From assembly GCF_001194135.2 (NCBI RefSeq), contig NC_068988.1, forward strand, positions 3,743,245-3,807,244: DNA of 64,000 bases, read 5' to 3'. Below are positions 37,611 through 50,699 of the stretch, piece after piece. Position 1 is the first letter of the stretch; the number at the start of each line of letters is the position of its first letter. This DNA comes from Octopus bimaculoides (lineage: Eukaryota). Made by a program: the position numbers and the translations under genes. The notes beneath the pieces were generated by a model. It worked only from the letters and a program-made list of their open reading frames with translations. It made no database searches and had not been told where the DNA came from.

Positions 37611-38567
37611 TTATGTTTCTTTTTCATCATCATTAGTTGAGTTGTAAATCAGACTGGCTGGAGAAGGTTTTGGTAAACTAGGAGAATATGTGGGACTGGC
37701 TGGAGAATATTTAGGACTTGTGGAGCTGGATGTAGGGCTGTGTTTCAGACTGGTGGGTAAGGAACTCAGACTGCTAGGACTGTAGCTAGGAGAGCCAGGA
37801 TTATAGTTGAGGTTGGTGGAAGAGTATGAAGGACTAGTTGGAGAATATGAAGGGCTGGTAGCACTGTAATTAGGAGAGGAAGTAACTGGGGCTTGCTGGA
37901 CTATAACTAGGGCTAGTCAGAGAATAAGATGGACATGTTGGGGAATAAGAAGGACTGTTTGGAGAGTTAGAAGAAGTGGGGCTGTAGCTAGGACTGGTTG
38001 GAGAATACAAGGGGGGAAGTAGGATTAAAACTAGGACTGGTAGGAGAGTATGATGGACTAGTTGGGGAGTAGGAAGGGCTGGTTGGAGAATGAGTGTGAC
38101 GTTGGGCTACAAGAAGGACTGATCGATGAGTAAGATGGTGATGTTGGGCAATAGCTTGGTGAAGATGGAGAATAAGCAGGACTTGGAGGGGAATATGATG
38201 TGCTTGATGGAGGATAGCTTGGGCTGTGTGGTGTCATAGCTGCTGACACAGGTACATAAACAGAAGATTTAGGTGAATAAGTTGGAGACAATTGCTCCAC
38301 CAGGGCTTGGAATGTAAGCACTGGCTGGCAATGACGGAGATATCCACTAAGGGACGACCAGTATGTGGTGTAGCCAGGACTGCAACTACTTTCACTTGCA
38401 GCTGACGGTGAAAAGCCAGCACCACCAGGAGTCATTCCACTTCCAATAACAGGGGACCAAGGGCCGATATAACCAGGTGTGGCATGTGTGAGCCATGGTG
38501 TGGTGACATTCTAGTCACAAGACTTCCACCAGATCCAAAGAACATTCCAGTGCTCACACCAGTACTG
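37611..38567 (-). pseudogene. POLR2A: Frameshifted orphan copy of the RNA polymerase II largest subunit 3' end (linker, CTD heptad repeats, acidic tail)
   Basis: Across frameshifts the minus strand reads GVSTGMFFGSGGS...MSP/TPWLTHATPGYIGPWSPVIGSGMTPGGAGFSPSAASESSCSPGY.../SPSLPASAYIPSPGGA/LSPTYSP..., then about 28-30 heptads (several exact YSPTSPS), ending [11 protein letters not shown] (TAA at 37611-37613). This matches the conserved RPB1 linker TGMFFGS...TPW...WSP...GMTPG.AGFSPSAAS and the CTD. At least five frame disruptions; no upstream catalytic domains in the window. Confidence 0.92.
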
Positions 38568-38718
38568 ATGATGATGATAAAGAAACATGAGGTTATGGAG
38601 AATTAAGACCACCATACACTACATAAACTATGCATATACATATGTACTTACACACACACACACACACACACACACAGAGACACACACACACACACACACA
38701 CCAATGCACAGACATGTC
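38564..38718 (+). repeat. Inverted second copy of the RPB1 terminal codons, stop and downstream sequence
   Basis: act gat gat gat gat aaa gaa aca TGA ggttatggagaattaagacca matches the minus strand of 37637-37590 at 43/48. The next block matches 37/44 and the final block acacacacacaccaatgcacagacatgtc 28/29. Both arms stop at GACATGTC (37292-37299, 38711-38718). Confidence 0.9.
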
Positions 38719-38796
38719 TGAGAAAGAAGCACACTCTAAAGTATTAGAGCAGCAAGTTTTTAGAAAGTTAACTTTTAACTTCCTGGAACCTGATGC

Positions 38797-39077
38797 CAGT
38801 GGTGAACTGGGTCTAAAAATATTGGTTGCCAGGAGACTAAGGGGGCCCACCTGCAACTACAGTGCTATCATCTAATTTAATTGTTTTTGTTTTTTTTGTT
38901 AAAAGTATTCTTTTCAACTGTCTACAAACACAGCCAGGCAGAAATAATTAATGCATTCTTCCAGGAGTGAATAAAGAACTCTCAAACTTGAGGGGATGGG
39001 CCCCCATATATGGATTCTAATGATACAGGGGCCCACTTGTCATCGGGGAAGCTGGCAACCTGGCCAGTCCGCCACTG
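38797..39077. mobile_element. hAT-like MITE, 281 bp
   Basis: TIRs cagtggtgaactgg / ccagtccgccactg match 12/14. Flanking 8-mers cctgatgc and tctggtac differ only by three transitions, consistent with a decayed 8-bp TSD. Confidence 0.6.
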
Positions 39078-42000
39078 TCTGGTACAACCCTCTGGCTTAT
39101 CAGTTTTAGTCAACCCGTCTAACACATGCCAGCATGGAAGCCAGACGTTAAGTGATGATGATGAGGATGATATATATTTGTGTAAATAAGTATATACATG
39201 TATACGTAGGTGTACTCGAGTTCAATGACAACTACAACCAGTTTTTTTCCCTCACTTAAGATTGATAGAGTTGGAAAGAAAACTTTTATTTTGAAATATA
39301 TATCTTGAAGTTCCACCTGAGAACATATTAACTGACATATAGTAAAGACACAATTACAGATGATGAGTTTAATATTTGTGAAAGCTTATATTAGTAGAGA
39401 GTGAATTCAGTTGAAAAATAAACACATGCCTTCAAAAACTGTATTTAATGAAGTGAGTCAGATGTGATTTTGAAATATTTATTTACAAGCTACAGACTTA
39501 TAATGTTTCAATGGCTTCAAGTTATTCACCCAAAATTTAATATTTTAAACCAGAAATGGTTCTGAATTATGTTTTATAACAAGAAATATGTTTTTATTTT
39601 TCCTTTCTTTTTTTATTTCTGTGATGCTGGAGAATATAATTCAAATTGATAAAACTATGATATTTTCATAGATTGAAAAATGGGTAAGGAACTTAAAAAT
39701 TGAAAATTCATTTTGAATTTTGGTTTTATTAAATTTCAGTTTGAAAATATTCCCAGCACAATTTTTTGTCTGCATTTGTTGGTATTTAATGCTTTTTAAA
39801 AAAAAACATTTTGAAATGTCCAAGTCAGAATTTTCTAAGTAATATATATTTTTATCTGAAACACATCAATTTGATAGACTTAGTCAATGTGAATGTCAAA
39901 ATATAGCAGCACGGCCTTAGCCAGCAGAAAGAAACAAGAGTAGGGGAAGAAGGGGTTTGGCAAACCATGGTGAAAGTTGAATCACACCTTTATCAGTAAA
40001 AACAAAAATCTGGTAAGGATTGAGCTGCCATCTTATAAGAACCTTTTACACTACTTTTGGACTCTTTTTTGGTATCAAGTTGCGGCAGGAGCTTTCTCAA
40101 GCTTACAAAAAGATTTCCTGCTTTTCATATCTGAAAGTTAGATGTTCGCACTTTAGGAATATTTAGTCTGTTTAGAAAATACTGGGGTTAGAAATAGATA
40201 TTTCTGGTCTGATGGTGGTTTAAAGGAAAGTAATTGGTATGGAGCAGGAAGTAATTTGTCTGTTCTGATTTGTACTGTGTGATTTTGCATATATTTTCCT
40301 ATATAGTGGCATTTCGGCCATCTTTATGTTCTGAGTTCAAATATTGTTGAGGTTGGCTGTGTCTTTCACCCTTCCAGGGTTAATGAAATAGGTACCTGTG
40401 AGTACTGGTGGTTGATGAAATCGACTAATCCCGACCCCATCAAAAATTCAGGCCTCGTGTAGAAAGGATACACTGTGGTCATTATTACATGAAGCTAGCT
40501 GGGATTTGATGAGTGAGGTTAGATGGAGCATGTTCGAAATGACCTCACTATCAAAAGGTACACAAGCACATGTTGTAGCACTAATACACTGAAAGGGGGT
40601 CAGGACGTTGGTATTTCAATATGTGGGTTAATTTTATTTGAAGATACCCCAATCTTGAGTAGAGAATAAAAGTGGTGCAGGTAAAACTTAGTTGCATCAT
40701 TATCTTAAGAAACCCAAGAACATAACTGTGGAGACCATTCAAATGGAGGAAGATCCTTCAAATGAAAGGTGGCTGTATTCTTATGTATTTTACAGAGAAG
40801 CAAAAGGCACACTGTTTTTTTCCAGTGGTTGATGAAATAAATAAAGGCGATGAGGTACCAAAGAATATCTTGAAATGTGTTTCAAGTAAAGCTGAATGTG
40901 TACAAATTTCTGCATCATCTCTATTCTGACTGCTTCATAGTACGGTGGAGAAACAAGCTTTCATAAGTAGAAATCGAGTTTCCTATTGATGTGTTATCTC
41001 CAAGCCAGAGTAAAATGGAAGTTGTGTTGACCAATAAACCTTTAACTATAAGTGACAATCATATCTGGAATTAAAAATTGAAAAAATCGTCAATATCAGT
41101 TCTGGTTTGTGCTGTAATTACTGGTATATTTCAATATGCTCCAAAATATGTTCCCACTTACTACACCGTGGGGGGCCAGGTTGGAATGTTTAGAATTAGT
41201 TAATAAAAATTTCTTTTCTCAGTTATTTCTCTCGGTCTCTGCTGAACACATTTGCTGAGTCTGTTAAACACAAATCTATCTATAAAATATATGACAAAGT
41301 AGATTTATGAATAAGTCTTTTCAGAAAGTGTGTTCCAACTAAATCCACCTTCCTCTGTATTATGAAGTAAATTTTCAAATGTTGAATCTACTTCACTCAT
41401 TTCATATAATTCATTGCAAAACTATTAAACGGTGTTTTTCTTTTTAACACAAGCAAGGATTACTGATTGTGGCTGTCTTGCATATAATTCCGAAATTGAA
41501 TGCTTCCTTCTAAAATTCATTTAACTCTATCATTCAAATACAACTTACTTAAATAGAAAATAAGAAAATTCTTCAAGTAAAATTAGTATTTTTACTATTT
41601 TACCATTTCTATGTATTACTACTTCAATATATCAGAATGGTAACTGATTAAATATTAGAAATAGCTGAATATTCTACATATTGAGAGTTAAACTCTCAAT
41701 TAAACATTTTGTGAAACTGAAACTTCTTTAGACATAAATATATTATGTTTACAATGATGGAAAGATCGTATTGTCAGGCAAGACTAACAAACATATCATC
41801 AGAAATCAGTGGGGAAATGTAAACCTCTTACAAGCTTATAAGTGAATTTTTGTTAAAGAGTAAAACTAACTTTGGGAATGAGTAACATTGGTTTCACCAT
41901 CTCCCTATCCCAAGCCTGATCAAGTTTGTTTCTAGTCTCTAAGAATGTGTTATTCTTTTATATGGAGACATCCTAACTTTACTAACTCATTTGGCATTAC

Positions 42001-42936
42001 CATAATTAAAAGAATCACAAAATGTAGTTTAGTTTTCACTTTCAGTTCAAAACTTTTATGTAGTCCTGTTATCTATTTTAGCCTGTCAAAGGACAAAAGA
42101 TGAAAAGCAAAACAGATGTGAGATTTTAACTCTATACTCTACAGAGTATCAAAATATAGTTAAAGCAATTAGTTTTCTTTGCCAACCAAAATTACCATAT
42201 TCTGACTTTCTTCGGCAATTAGCTACTGAGTAGAGCATTTGAGTTTTTGACATCTCAATTAATAATGGATGAAACTGTTTAACATATTAAACAAAGACAA
42301 AAATCTTAAAGTTCAGCTTGTTAAAATAAACCCTCCGCCCAATAAAATAATAATCACTGGTTACAGGTGATAAAATTGTTACCATGATACTTTTGAAAGT
42401 AACACAGCAATTATTTTCTTACAGATGAATACATGTTGAATTTGCTGTTGAATTCTTTGTCATAATTAGCTTTCAATACTATCAACAGAATCCTTTAATC
42501 CTAACAGAAAAAAACATTTAATCCTGCTTCTGAAGTTCATTTTTGGTGATAAGATTGGATACAAACTACAAATAGAATTAACTTGTGTTTCTTCTGTAAT
42601 TACTGAATTAGCAATTTAACAAATGCTTTTTAATTACTTTGCTAAATTTCAAAAGCATACAAGAGAAAAGTATGGATTGGAAAACATAGAAGAAACTACT
42701 ATGTCAGCCCAGGTGTTTTTTAAATATTTTGAAATGTCTTTGCCACTTATCTAAACAATGGAAATAAAGATAATTGATAATTGTCTCATTAGCTTTAAAT
42801 GAAGGACTGAAATCTTGCTCTAAACAACTGGAGAATTTCCAGAACCTTGTTATAGACAACAAGGGAGTCTCTGGAAACGGTCAGCATGAGCAGCTGCATT
42901 ATGGTATGTGTGGCATCTGTTTTGGATACATAGATG

Positions 42937-43130
42937 TCATCATCATCATCATCATCGTTTAACGTCCGCTTTCCATGCTAGCATGGGTTGGACGATTTGA
43001 CTGAGGACTGGTGAAACCGGATGGCAACACCAGGCTCCAGTCTGATTTGGCAGAGTTTCACAGCTGGATGCCCTTCCTAACGCCAACCACTCAGAGAGTG
43101 TAGTGGGTGCTTTTACGTGTCACCCGCACG
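42937..43130 (-). mobile_element. Young family A element (RTE-type tail, CpGs retained)
   Basis: (cat)n cgtttaacgtccgctttccatgctagcatggg...gctggatgcccttcctaacgccaacc...ttttacgtg. Confidence 0.85.
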
Positions 43131-43234
43131 ATGTAGTCAGTCCAATTAATCCAAGCCTGTTAATGTCTCTGAGTGTTGCTCAAGAGTTCCAGATTCAGTT
43201 TTCCATTTCTTAAGTGTTTATAGAGCTGATGAGT

Positions 43235-43622
43235 GGAGGCGCAATGGCCCAGTGGTTAGGGCAGTGGACTCGCAGTCATAGGATCTCGGTTTCGATTCCC
43301 AGACCGGGCGTTGTGAGTGTTTATTGAGCAAAAACACTTAAAGCTCCACAAGGCTCCGGTAGGGGATGGTGGCGAACCCTGCTGTACTCTTTCACGACAA
43401 CTTTCTCTCACTCTTACTTCCTGTTTCTGTTGTGCCTGTAATTCAAAGGGTCAGCCTTGTTACATTGTGTCACACTGAATATCCCCGAGAACTACGTTAA
43501 GGGTACACGTGTCTGTGGAGTGCTCAGCCACTTGCACATTAATTTCACGAGCAGACTGTTCCGTTGATCGGATCAACTGGAACCCTCGACGTCGTAAGTG
43601 ACGGAGTGCCAACAACAACAAC
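43235..43622 (+). mobile_element. Full-length tRNA-derived SINE (family D) with (AAC)n tail and 12-bp TSD
   Basis: A box tggcccagtgg, B-box-like gtttcgattcc, tail caacaacaacaac. TSD atagagctgatg 43220-43231 / atagaggtgatg 43623-43634 (1 mismatch). Confidence 0.9.
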
Positions 43623-45162
43623 ATAGAGGTGATGTGACAACAGAGCAATCTACACCTTAAAATCATGTATTTTATTAAATACAAACAACAACAATATATT
43701 CATTATCAAGTTGGAAATATGGAAATTTGTCTGCTGAAAACATACACTATGCCACATGGTGGCAATTTATAACAGATTTTCCCCAAGTCAACCCTGAGAG
43801 TAGACTTGTGATCAAAGACCATCCAGTCATGACCTTATTTTTTATTTTTGCAGCTACAAGATAGCCTAGAACTACATCATAATATACTGTTCGAGACAAC
43901 TTTTTAAATGACATACATGATACAAGAGATAATTAGTTTCTCTTTCTAGCAGGTCAAATCATCACATAAAGACTTTCTCATTGTCCCACTGATGGTAATG
44001 TCAGTAACAGAGAGGGTGAAAGAATAATTATCCAGAGTTAAGAACTGGCAAAGAGCATAGAACATTGACAGAATAATAGAGCAATTCTTTGCAGAATAAT
44101 TGGGATATCCACTTTTTAATGTTCAGTTCCCCTCTGACCCATGCAAGCATGAGAAAGTAAGCATTAAGACTAATGACAATAATAATGATGGTGGTGGTGG
44201 TGACAATGATGGTGATGATGAAGATGGTGTAGGAAAAGCAAAATAGCTTGAAACCAAATGGTCAAATTTCTTCTAATGATGCAATGTGTCTAAGAGGATC
44301 CCCACAATGAGAAAACTTTAAAATATTCTTTAAATCTACAGAAAGAATATTAGAATTATTGTTCTTAGTTTATGAAAAATATTTCCAATTTCATGGAATA
44401 AAATATTTTTGTAGTTATATTTAAACACAAAATTTTGTCATGAATATTTTGTTGGCCAAATAGTAAGAGTTGGGTGTTTTATGATAACTAAAATATAGTT
44501 CTAGGCTCTAAGAACTACACCATAAATGTTCCACCGTATTTTGGAAAACATTATTAATGTATATTTTAATACAATCATAAATCTAATATATAATTTAAGT
44601 TTCACAATAATTTTTAATTTAATGATCAAGAAATAGTATATGGCTCACATTTCATAAATTTTGATAAAATGGTAAAAATACAGCTGTCAATATGTTTTAA
44701 TAAATCAATACAAAATAAACAGTTTTTATCAACTGTTTTAAAGAATACTCGAATGCAAACCAAGTGGCAATCTACAATGTTGTAAGATAAAAATTCTTTA
44801 CATATTCCCAGAAGACACCATTTTCAACAAATTGGCCCTAAAGTCATGTTATTTGGAAACAACAATTCTTCTAGTCACTGATTAGTCAGTTATCATTAAC
44901 AAGTCAATAGACAATACTAAACAAAGTATATATATATATACATGCACACACGCACACTCAAATATTTTATTTTATATTTTTGCTCATTATAGGTATAGCA
45001 GTGTAATTAATAAATTTGCTTAGCAACCACGTGGTCTTGGGTTCTGTATCACTGCAAGCCATCTTGTACAAGACACTTCAATGAAAGCCATGAGCTGACC
45101 AGTTCCTTGTGAGGGAAATTGGTGGACAGAAACTGTGTGAGAGCATGTTTTGTACGTGTGTG

Positions 45163-45202
<40 letters not shown>

Positions 45203-45387
45203 AATGTATATATTAAGGGTGATAAATTGAAAAATAAAGAAGGAAATAAGTAGAAATTTTATCGGTGAGTGTGTTAAATTATGAGGTACAAAAAGAAAAT
45301 GACTCTCCCCAGACACAGCAGTATATGCTTCAGTACACGAACTCACATAAAGAATCTTGCAAACCAAATCCCAAAATGAAATGTATT

Positions 45388-45418
<31 letters not shown>

Positions 45419-45869
45419 ATGTGTATCTGTGTGTGGGGAGGGTGCATGTGTGCGTATACATATGAGTGTTCATGTGTGTATATAAATAAATATATCATCT
45501 CATTATCACTTTACATCTCCTTTCCATGCTGGCATGGGTTAGATGGGTTGTCAGAGTCTGAGTCATTTCTTACTGAGAGGTACATTTGCTGAGATGATTA
45601 AAGAGAAGATTCAAAGACAAAGCAATAACATCAGAAGGATGAGGATGGTTGGGTTGAAGAAAAGGGCAGTTGTATTATGTAAACTGCAGTTATCATCGCT
45701 TTTCCATGCTGGCATAGGTTGAACATTCTGACAGAAGTACTGCAGGACTGTATCAAGCTCCAGTGCCAGTTTTTGCATGGTTTCTAGGGCTGGATTCCAT
45801 CTTAATGCCCAGTGGTTTGTCAGGTGGATCAATGGTGACAAGATATTGCAAAAAGCTGGCAGTAAACAG

Positions 45870-46300
45870 CATTCATCAAGGTCGAGAAGGTTACCTGAGA
45901 CAGAAGGAGAAAGCTTCGAATGATAACTGGGATGGAGTTTGGAAGGTGGCAGCAGATCTTGTAGTGTGTGAATGTGGCTTTCCAGTACCAACATGGGAGA
46001 AGCCTGATATGAAAAATAGGTATGAGGATTGTACACCATGTTGAATTAACTGTTCCACCTGAAAACAATATAGAGGCAGCTCAGGTTAGCAAAGAAGTTT
46101 TATGAGATTAAACTAGGAGACTGTGTAAATGCTGGTTGGAAATCAGTACACCTTCCTGTAGAAGTTAGATGGAAAGGTTTTATAGGAACCAGAATGAGAT
46201 AGTGTCTGCTATCAAGTGGTATCAAACGTCACCAATAAATACCATCTTGAAAAAGATCCAGGTGACTTTTGAGAGAGCCCGTTATTGGATATAGATGTAA
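45870..46300 (+). mobile_element. Remnant of the restriction-like endonuclease domain of an RLE-type (HERO/R2/NeSL-like) non-LTR retrotransposon
   Basis: WKVAADL...FPVPTWEKPD, then IVHHVELTVPPENNIEAAQVSKEV and DCVNAGWKSVHLPVEVRWKGFIG, match the PD...ELTxPxExNIExA...K / GW...PVEVG.RGF pattern. Frameshifted. Confidence 0.6.
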
Positions 46301-48011
46301 TGGTATAATGAAACCAGAAGATACGTATGTGAAAAAATTTGGTGGATAGAAATTGTGGAAGACAATCGAACGGGTTGATAAGTGCTGTAAATGAAGATTA
46401 CCACATTGTCACACATTGTGTCTCACTCATTCGGCTTAGAAATTGTTGTCTGTGGAATACCCACCTCCTTTCACATGAATTTAATGATTGGAGAGTTCAG
46501 TTAAGACCATCAGACAAACCATCAAATATTTCTGAGAAAAATGAAAATAAACGTTTTTGCTTTTTAGTTTTTTGCAAACATTTCAAATGGGGATAAGCTA
46601 CCAATAAATTTAGACTTAACTAAAGTCTTTTTTACTTCCTGATTGTACCATTTTATTTAATCACACCTCACACCTGTGATGGTCAAAATTAGTCAATGAC
46701 GATGAGGAACATAATCTTCTAGGCTCTTTTTATTTTCAATATACAACAACAACAAGATGAAGACTTGTGTGGTCCTCCTCTTCTTTTTTGTTATCCTTAA
46801 AATAAATAAAAAGTTAAAGCGTCTTTTGATTCTCAAAGTTGCTCAAAGTTAACAGGGGATTTTCGATGACCTAAAATTTTATTCATGTTAACATCTAATG
46901 GTGTCTCAATTCATGAAAAGTTTTTAAACAGAATAAATTTGGTCTAGTCAAGAGACAGACAAAAAGATATTACAAGACTAACTCAGTGTTAAAAAAAGGA
47001 AAAATAAAAGGAATAGTTTGACCATTTAATGTGCTGTTTCAATCAGAAGCATCTGAAGGAATATACATTATTCCTTGAGCATTTAGGAAGCATTTTATGG
47101 AACACTTTAGAATATATTTAATGCTATCTTTTCTGTGTTTTTAGGACAAATATTAAGGTTTTAAAATTTTGTAAATCTAATATTAAAACTGAATGAAGCA
47201 GGGAACTCTTTAGAAAATATAAAATGAAACATCATTCTTTCTTTTTTCCCTTTTCCCTTCTCATTAACTTTTTATTCTTTGAAAATTTTTGAAATTCCAA
47301 ATTTGAAAGCAGTTTTAATAGTTTGACCTTTTTTCACATCATACGCATGAATTTAATGCTACATTTTTGTATATTCTGAAGTGTTGCTATAGAAACCAAA
47401 AGGGATGACGGTATTCTAAGTGACTTCTTACAAGGGATTTATAAAATGAGATTAATATCTCTCAAACGATTGATGTAAAGATTTTTAGAATCCAACCATG
47501 CATCCATTTGCTTTATTTCCTATCTTCAAAGTTGTTTGATTCTTTGAGATGTATAACATGGAAAATAGATTGCAAGTAACCAAGTGACACATAACTCAAG
47601 TCTAGCATCTCTTGTGCAGCTACTGCTACTGGCTCACACCCATATCGTGGTTAAGCTGATAACAATACTAGAATGAAACTGTATTTTAAATCAATTGCAT
47701 GTTTCTTTGTTTTTTTTCCTTGTTTTTTGTTTTTTTTAACAAGAGATACATGTGCGTGAAAGTCCAAGACAAACGGAAGGAGTTTGGTCAGAAATTCATT
47801 TTGATATGTGATATCCAGATTATGAAAATCCACTGACATCTTTCAAAAGCATGGAGAGTGCTTATTATTGTGCAGTGGAATGGAAAAACAAAGAGTATAT
47901 TTAGTATAGAGCAAGACTGTTTGAAAATGAACAATATCAAATTAGACAGAAAATATTCAGTAGAGACTTATACACATACAACATATATTTGTGAACATAT
48001 ATATGTATATT

Positions 48012-48110
<99 letters not shown>

Positions 48111-49349
48111 GACAGGCTTTGTGTAGTTTTTTCCAGCCAAATTTGTTCCCAAAATATTAGTTGGCCCAGAGCTATAATAAATGATACTCACCCAAACTGC
48201 CATGCAATAGGATTGAACTAAAGACCATATGGCTGTAAAGCAAACTTCATAGTGAAGCCATGCCATTACCTCTATCTATCTACCTATCTGTCTATCTATC
48301 TGTCTAGCTATATGACTGTCAGTCTGTTTGTCAACCTATTTGTCTGTCTGTCTATCCATCCATCCATCCAACCATCCCTCTGTCTATTTATCTATCTATG
48401 TATCTATCTATCTCTCTATCTATGTATCTATCCATCTGTCTGTCTACTTATCTATCTGTTTATATGTGCATGGATATTTGTGTGTGTGTGTGTGTGTATG
48501 TGAGAGATAGAGAGAAATATTCTATCATGCTATATTATCTACATGTATAACTATTAAACCAAAAAAAGTATCATTGTAAATATTTATACAAAGCAAAATA
48601 ACAAATGTATGTCATACCATCAAATAAAATACAACACACAGACAATATCATTTAAAAATTATTTATGGCTCCATAAGTTTCATAGTTTAAAACTTTGTTT
48701 TTTTGGAGAATATTTTTTTTTTTTTTTTTGAGAAAGATTTCTTACTTGTTTCAAAATAAAAAATAAATATAGAAATAAAATTGGATGGTAAATAAAAAGA
48801 ACTGTTCAGAAATATAATTTTATTACGTATAGAAGAAAAAAATTGTTAAGCCATGACAGTATATGAATTAAAACAATAGCAATTCACATGAAACATTGTA
48901 ACGTTGACAAAAAAGTATGTAAAATCTGATAAGACTGTTTAAGCACAGGAAAGGGTGAAATGAAAGTTAAAAAAAAGCATTTAAGAAGGAAATGTAATAA
49001 AAAAAATAAATAAAACCTACATAAATAATAATAAAACTATGAAAAATCATTTCAGTTTAAAGTCTTAAGTCTTAGTAAAAAAATAATAATTTTGTGAAAA
49101 AACTGTAATACAAGGGAAATTTGAGAGAAAATTTTATGAAAATCAAAACATGCATTTATTCGTAAATTCAACTGAATTAGTTAGAATTAGCTAGAAAAAT
49201 TAAATAATAAGTCTTTATTGCTCCAAAAAACTAAAACAGAAACAAACTCAAACTAAAACGATCCTACCCTTATACGCATACATAAATTTACACACACACA
49301 CACACATAAATTTGCATATGTATATATTTATATATATATATGTATATTT

Positions 49350-49430
<81 letters not shown>

Positions 49431-49790
49431 AACACACACATATACACATGCACACTAATATATGTTATGTTTGTGTATATGTGTGCATGACTGTTTGTGT
49501 GTATCAGGTGTTATGTATAATTTTCTTTATTTAATATATTTCCAAACTTTTTAGGACGTTTATGAAATATTTGTTCAGAGATTTAAACTTGAAAGAAGAT
49601 AAGCTGACTTTGAGAAAGTGCAAAGTCATAAAACTTCAAGTAGCTTTATTAAGATGGAATTGTCTTTATTAACATTTAAAGTGGGATATTTAATTTGACA
49701 AGCCATGTCATCAAAGCAGAAACTTATCATTATGTTGTGTGAGTAAATGTATCTTTGCAAACAGACACACACAAATACAGCCACAGATGT

Positions 49791-49845
<55 letters not shown>

Positions 49846-49856
49846 ATACATATATC

Positions 49857-49916
<60 letters not shown>

Positions 49917-50461
49917 TACATACATACATATATACATATGTGTGTGCATGTGTATGTATTATAAGAAAAGAAATGAGAAATGAATAAACAGTTATTCCTT
50001 TGTCATCTCTTTTCTTATTACTGCTCTGTACCGAACTAACACACTTCATTCAGAAGTATACTGAGTTAGATAGCTTTCCAGTTGAGTTGTGGTATCTACC
50101 TTTACGGTAGACATTAAAAATAATTATTATGAAATATCTTGAAAATCGAGTAGGATCCATTATAGCATCTTGTTTGACATCACCACAAACACTAATTAAA
50201 AAGAAGGTTTTGGTATTCTCCAACAATTACAGAGCATGTTCTTCCAAATAATGAAAGAATTGATAACGTTTGGAGATTTGTCTTAATTGTGCACCATAGA
50301 GTCCCTACAACACTGAAGAAAGAAATGCCTCAAACATTATTTCATGTTTTTACCACTTTTTCCTTTGTAAAACATGTTCTGCAATGCATCCCTCAAATCT
50401 TGAAAAACTGGATCAAGTCCTCACAAATTATATCAAACATTGTGCAACAGAAGACCTAGCA

Positions 50462-50699
50462 TTCTTATTTCTTTATTGCCCACAAAGGGCTAAACATAGA
50501 GGGGGCAAACAGGGACAGACAAAGGGATTAAGTTGATTATATCGACCCCAGTGTGTAACTGGTACTTAATTTATCAACCCCGAAAGGATGAAAGGCAAAG
50601 TCGACCTCGACGGAATTTGAACTCAGAACATAGCAGCAGACGAAATACCGCTAAGCATTTTGCCTGGCATACTAATGATTCTGCTAGCTCACCACCCTC
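50462..50699 (-). mobile_element. Well-preserved family C SINE
   Basis: Reverse complement contains gagctagcagaatc...gcttagcggtatttcgtc...gttctgagttcaaattccgtcgaggtcgactttgcctttcatcctttcggggttgataaattaagtacc. Confidence 0.85.

Noticed and set aside
38058-38435. Treating the 125-aa ORF as the functional RPB1 gene
   Set aside because: Homology continues in other frames on both sides and is internally frameshifted, many heptads are degraded, and no catalytic-domain exons are visible.
41640-41810. Possible hAT dimerisation-domain remnant (FVKLKLL...QARLTNI)
   Set aside because: Match too short and interrupted to support by eye.
43235-43310. tRNA gene
   Set aside because: The tRNA-like head is followed by a SINE body, (AAC)n tail and TSD, with a paralogue at 34537.
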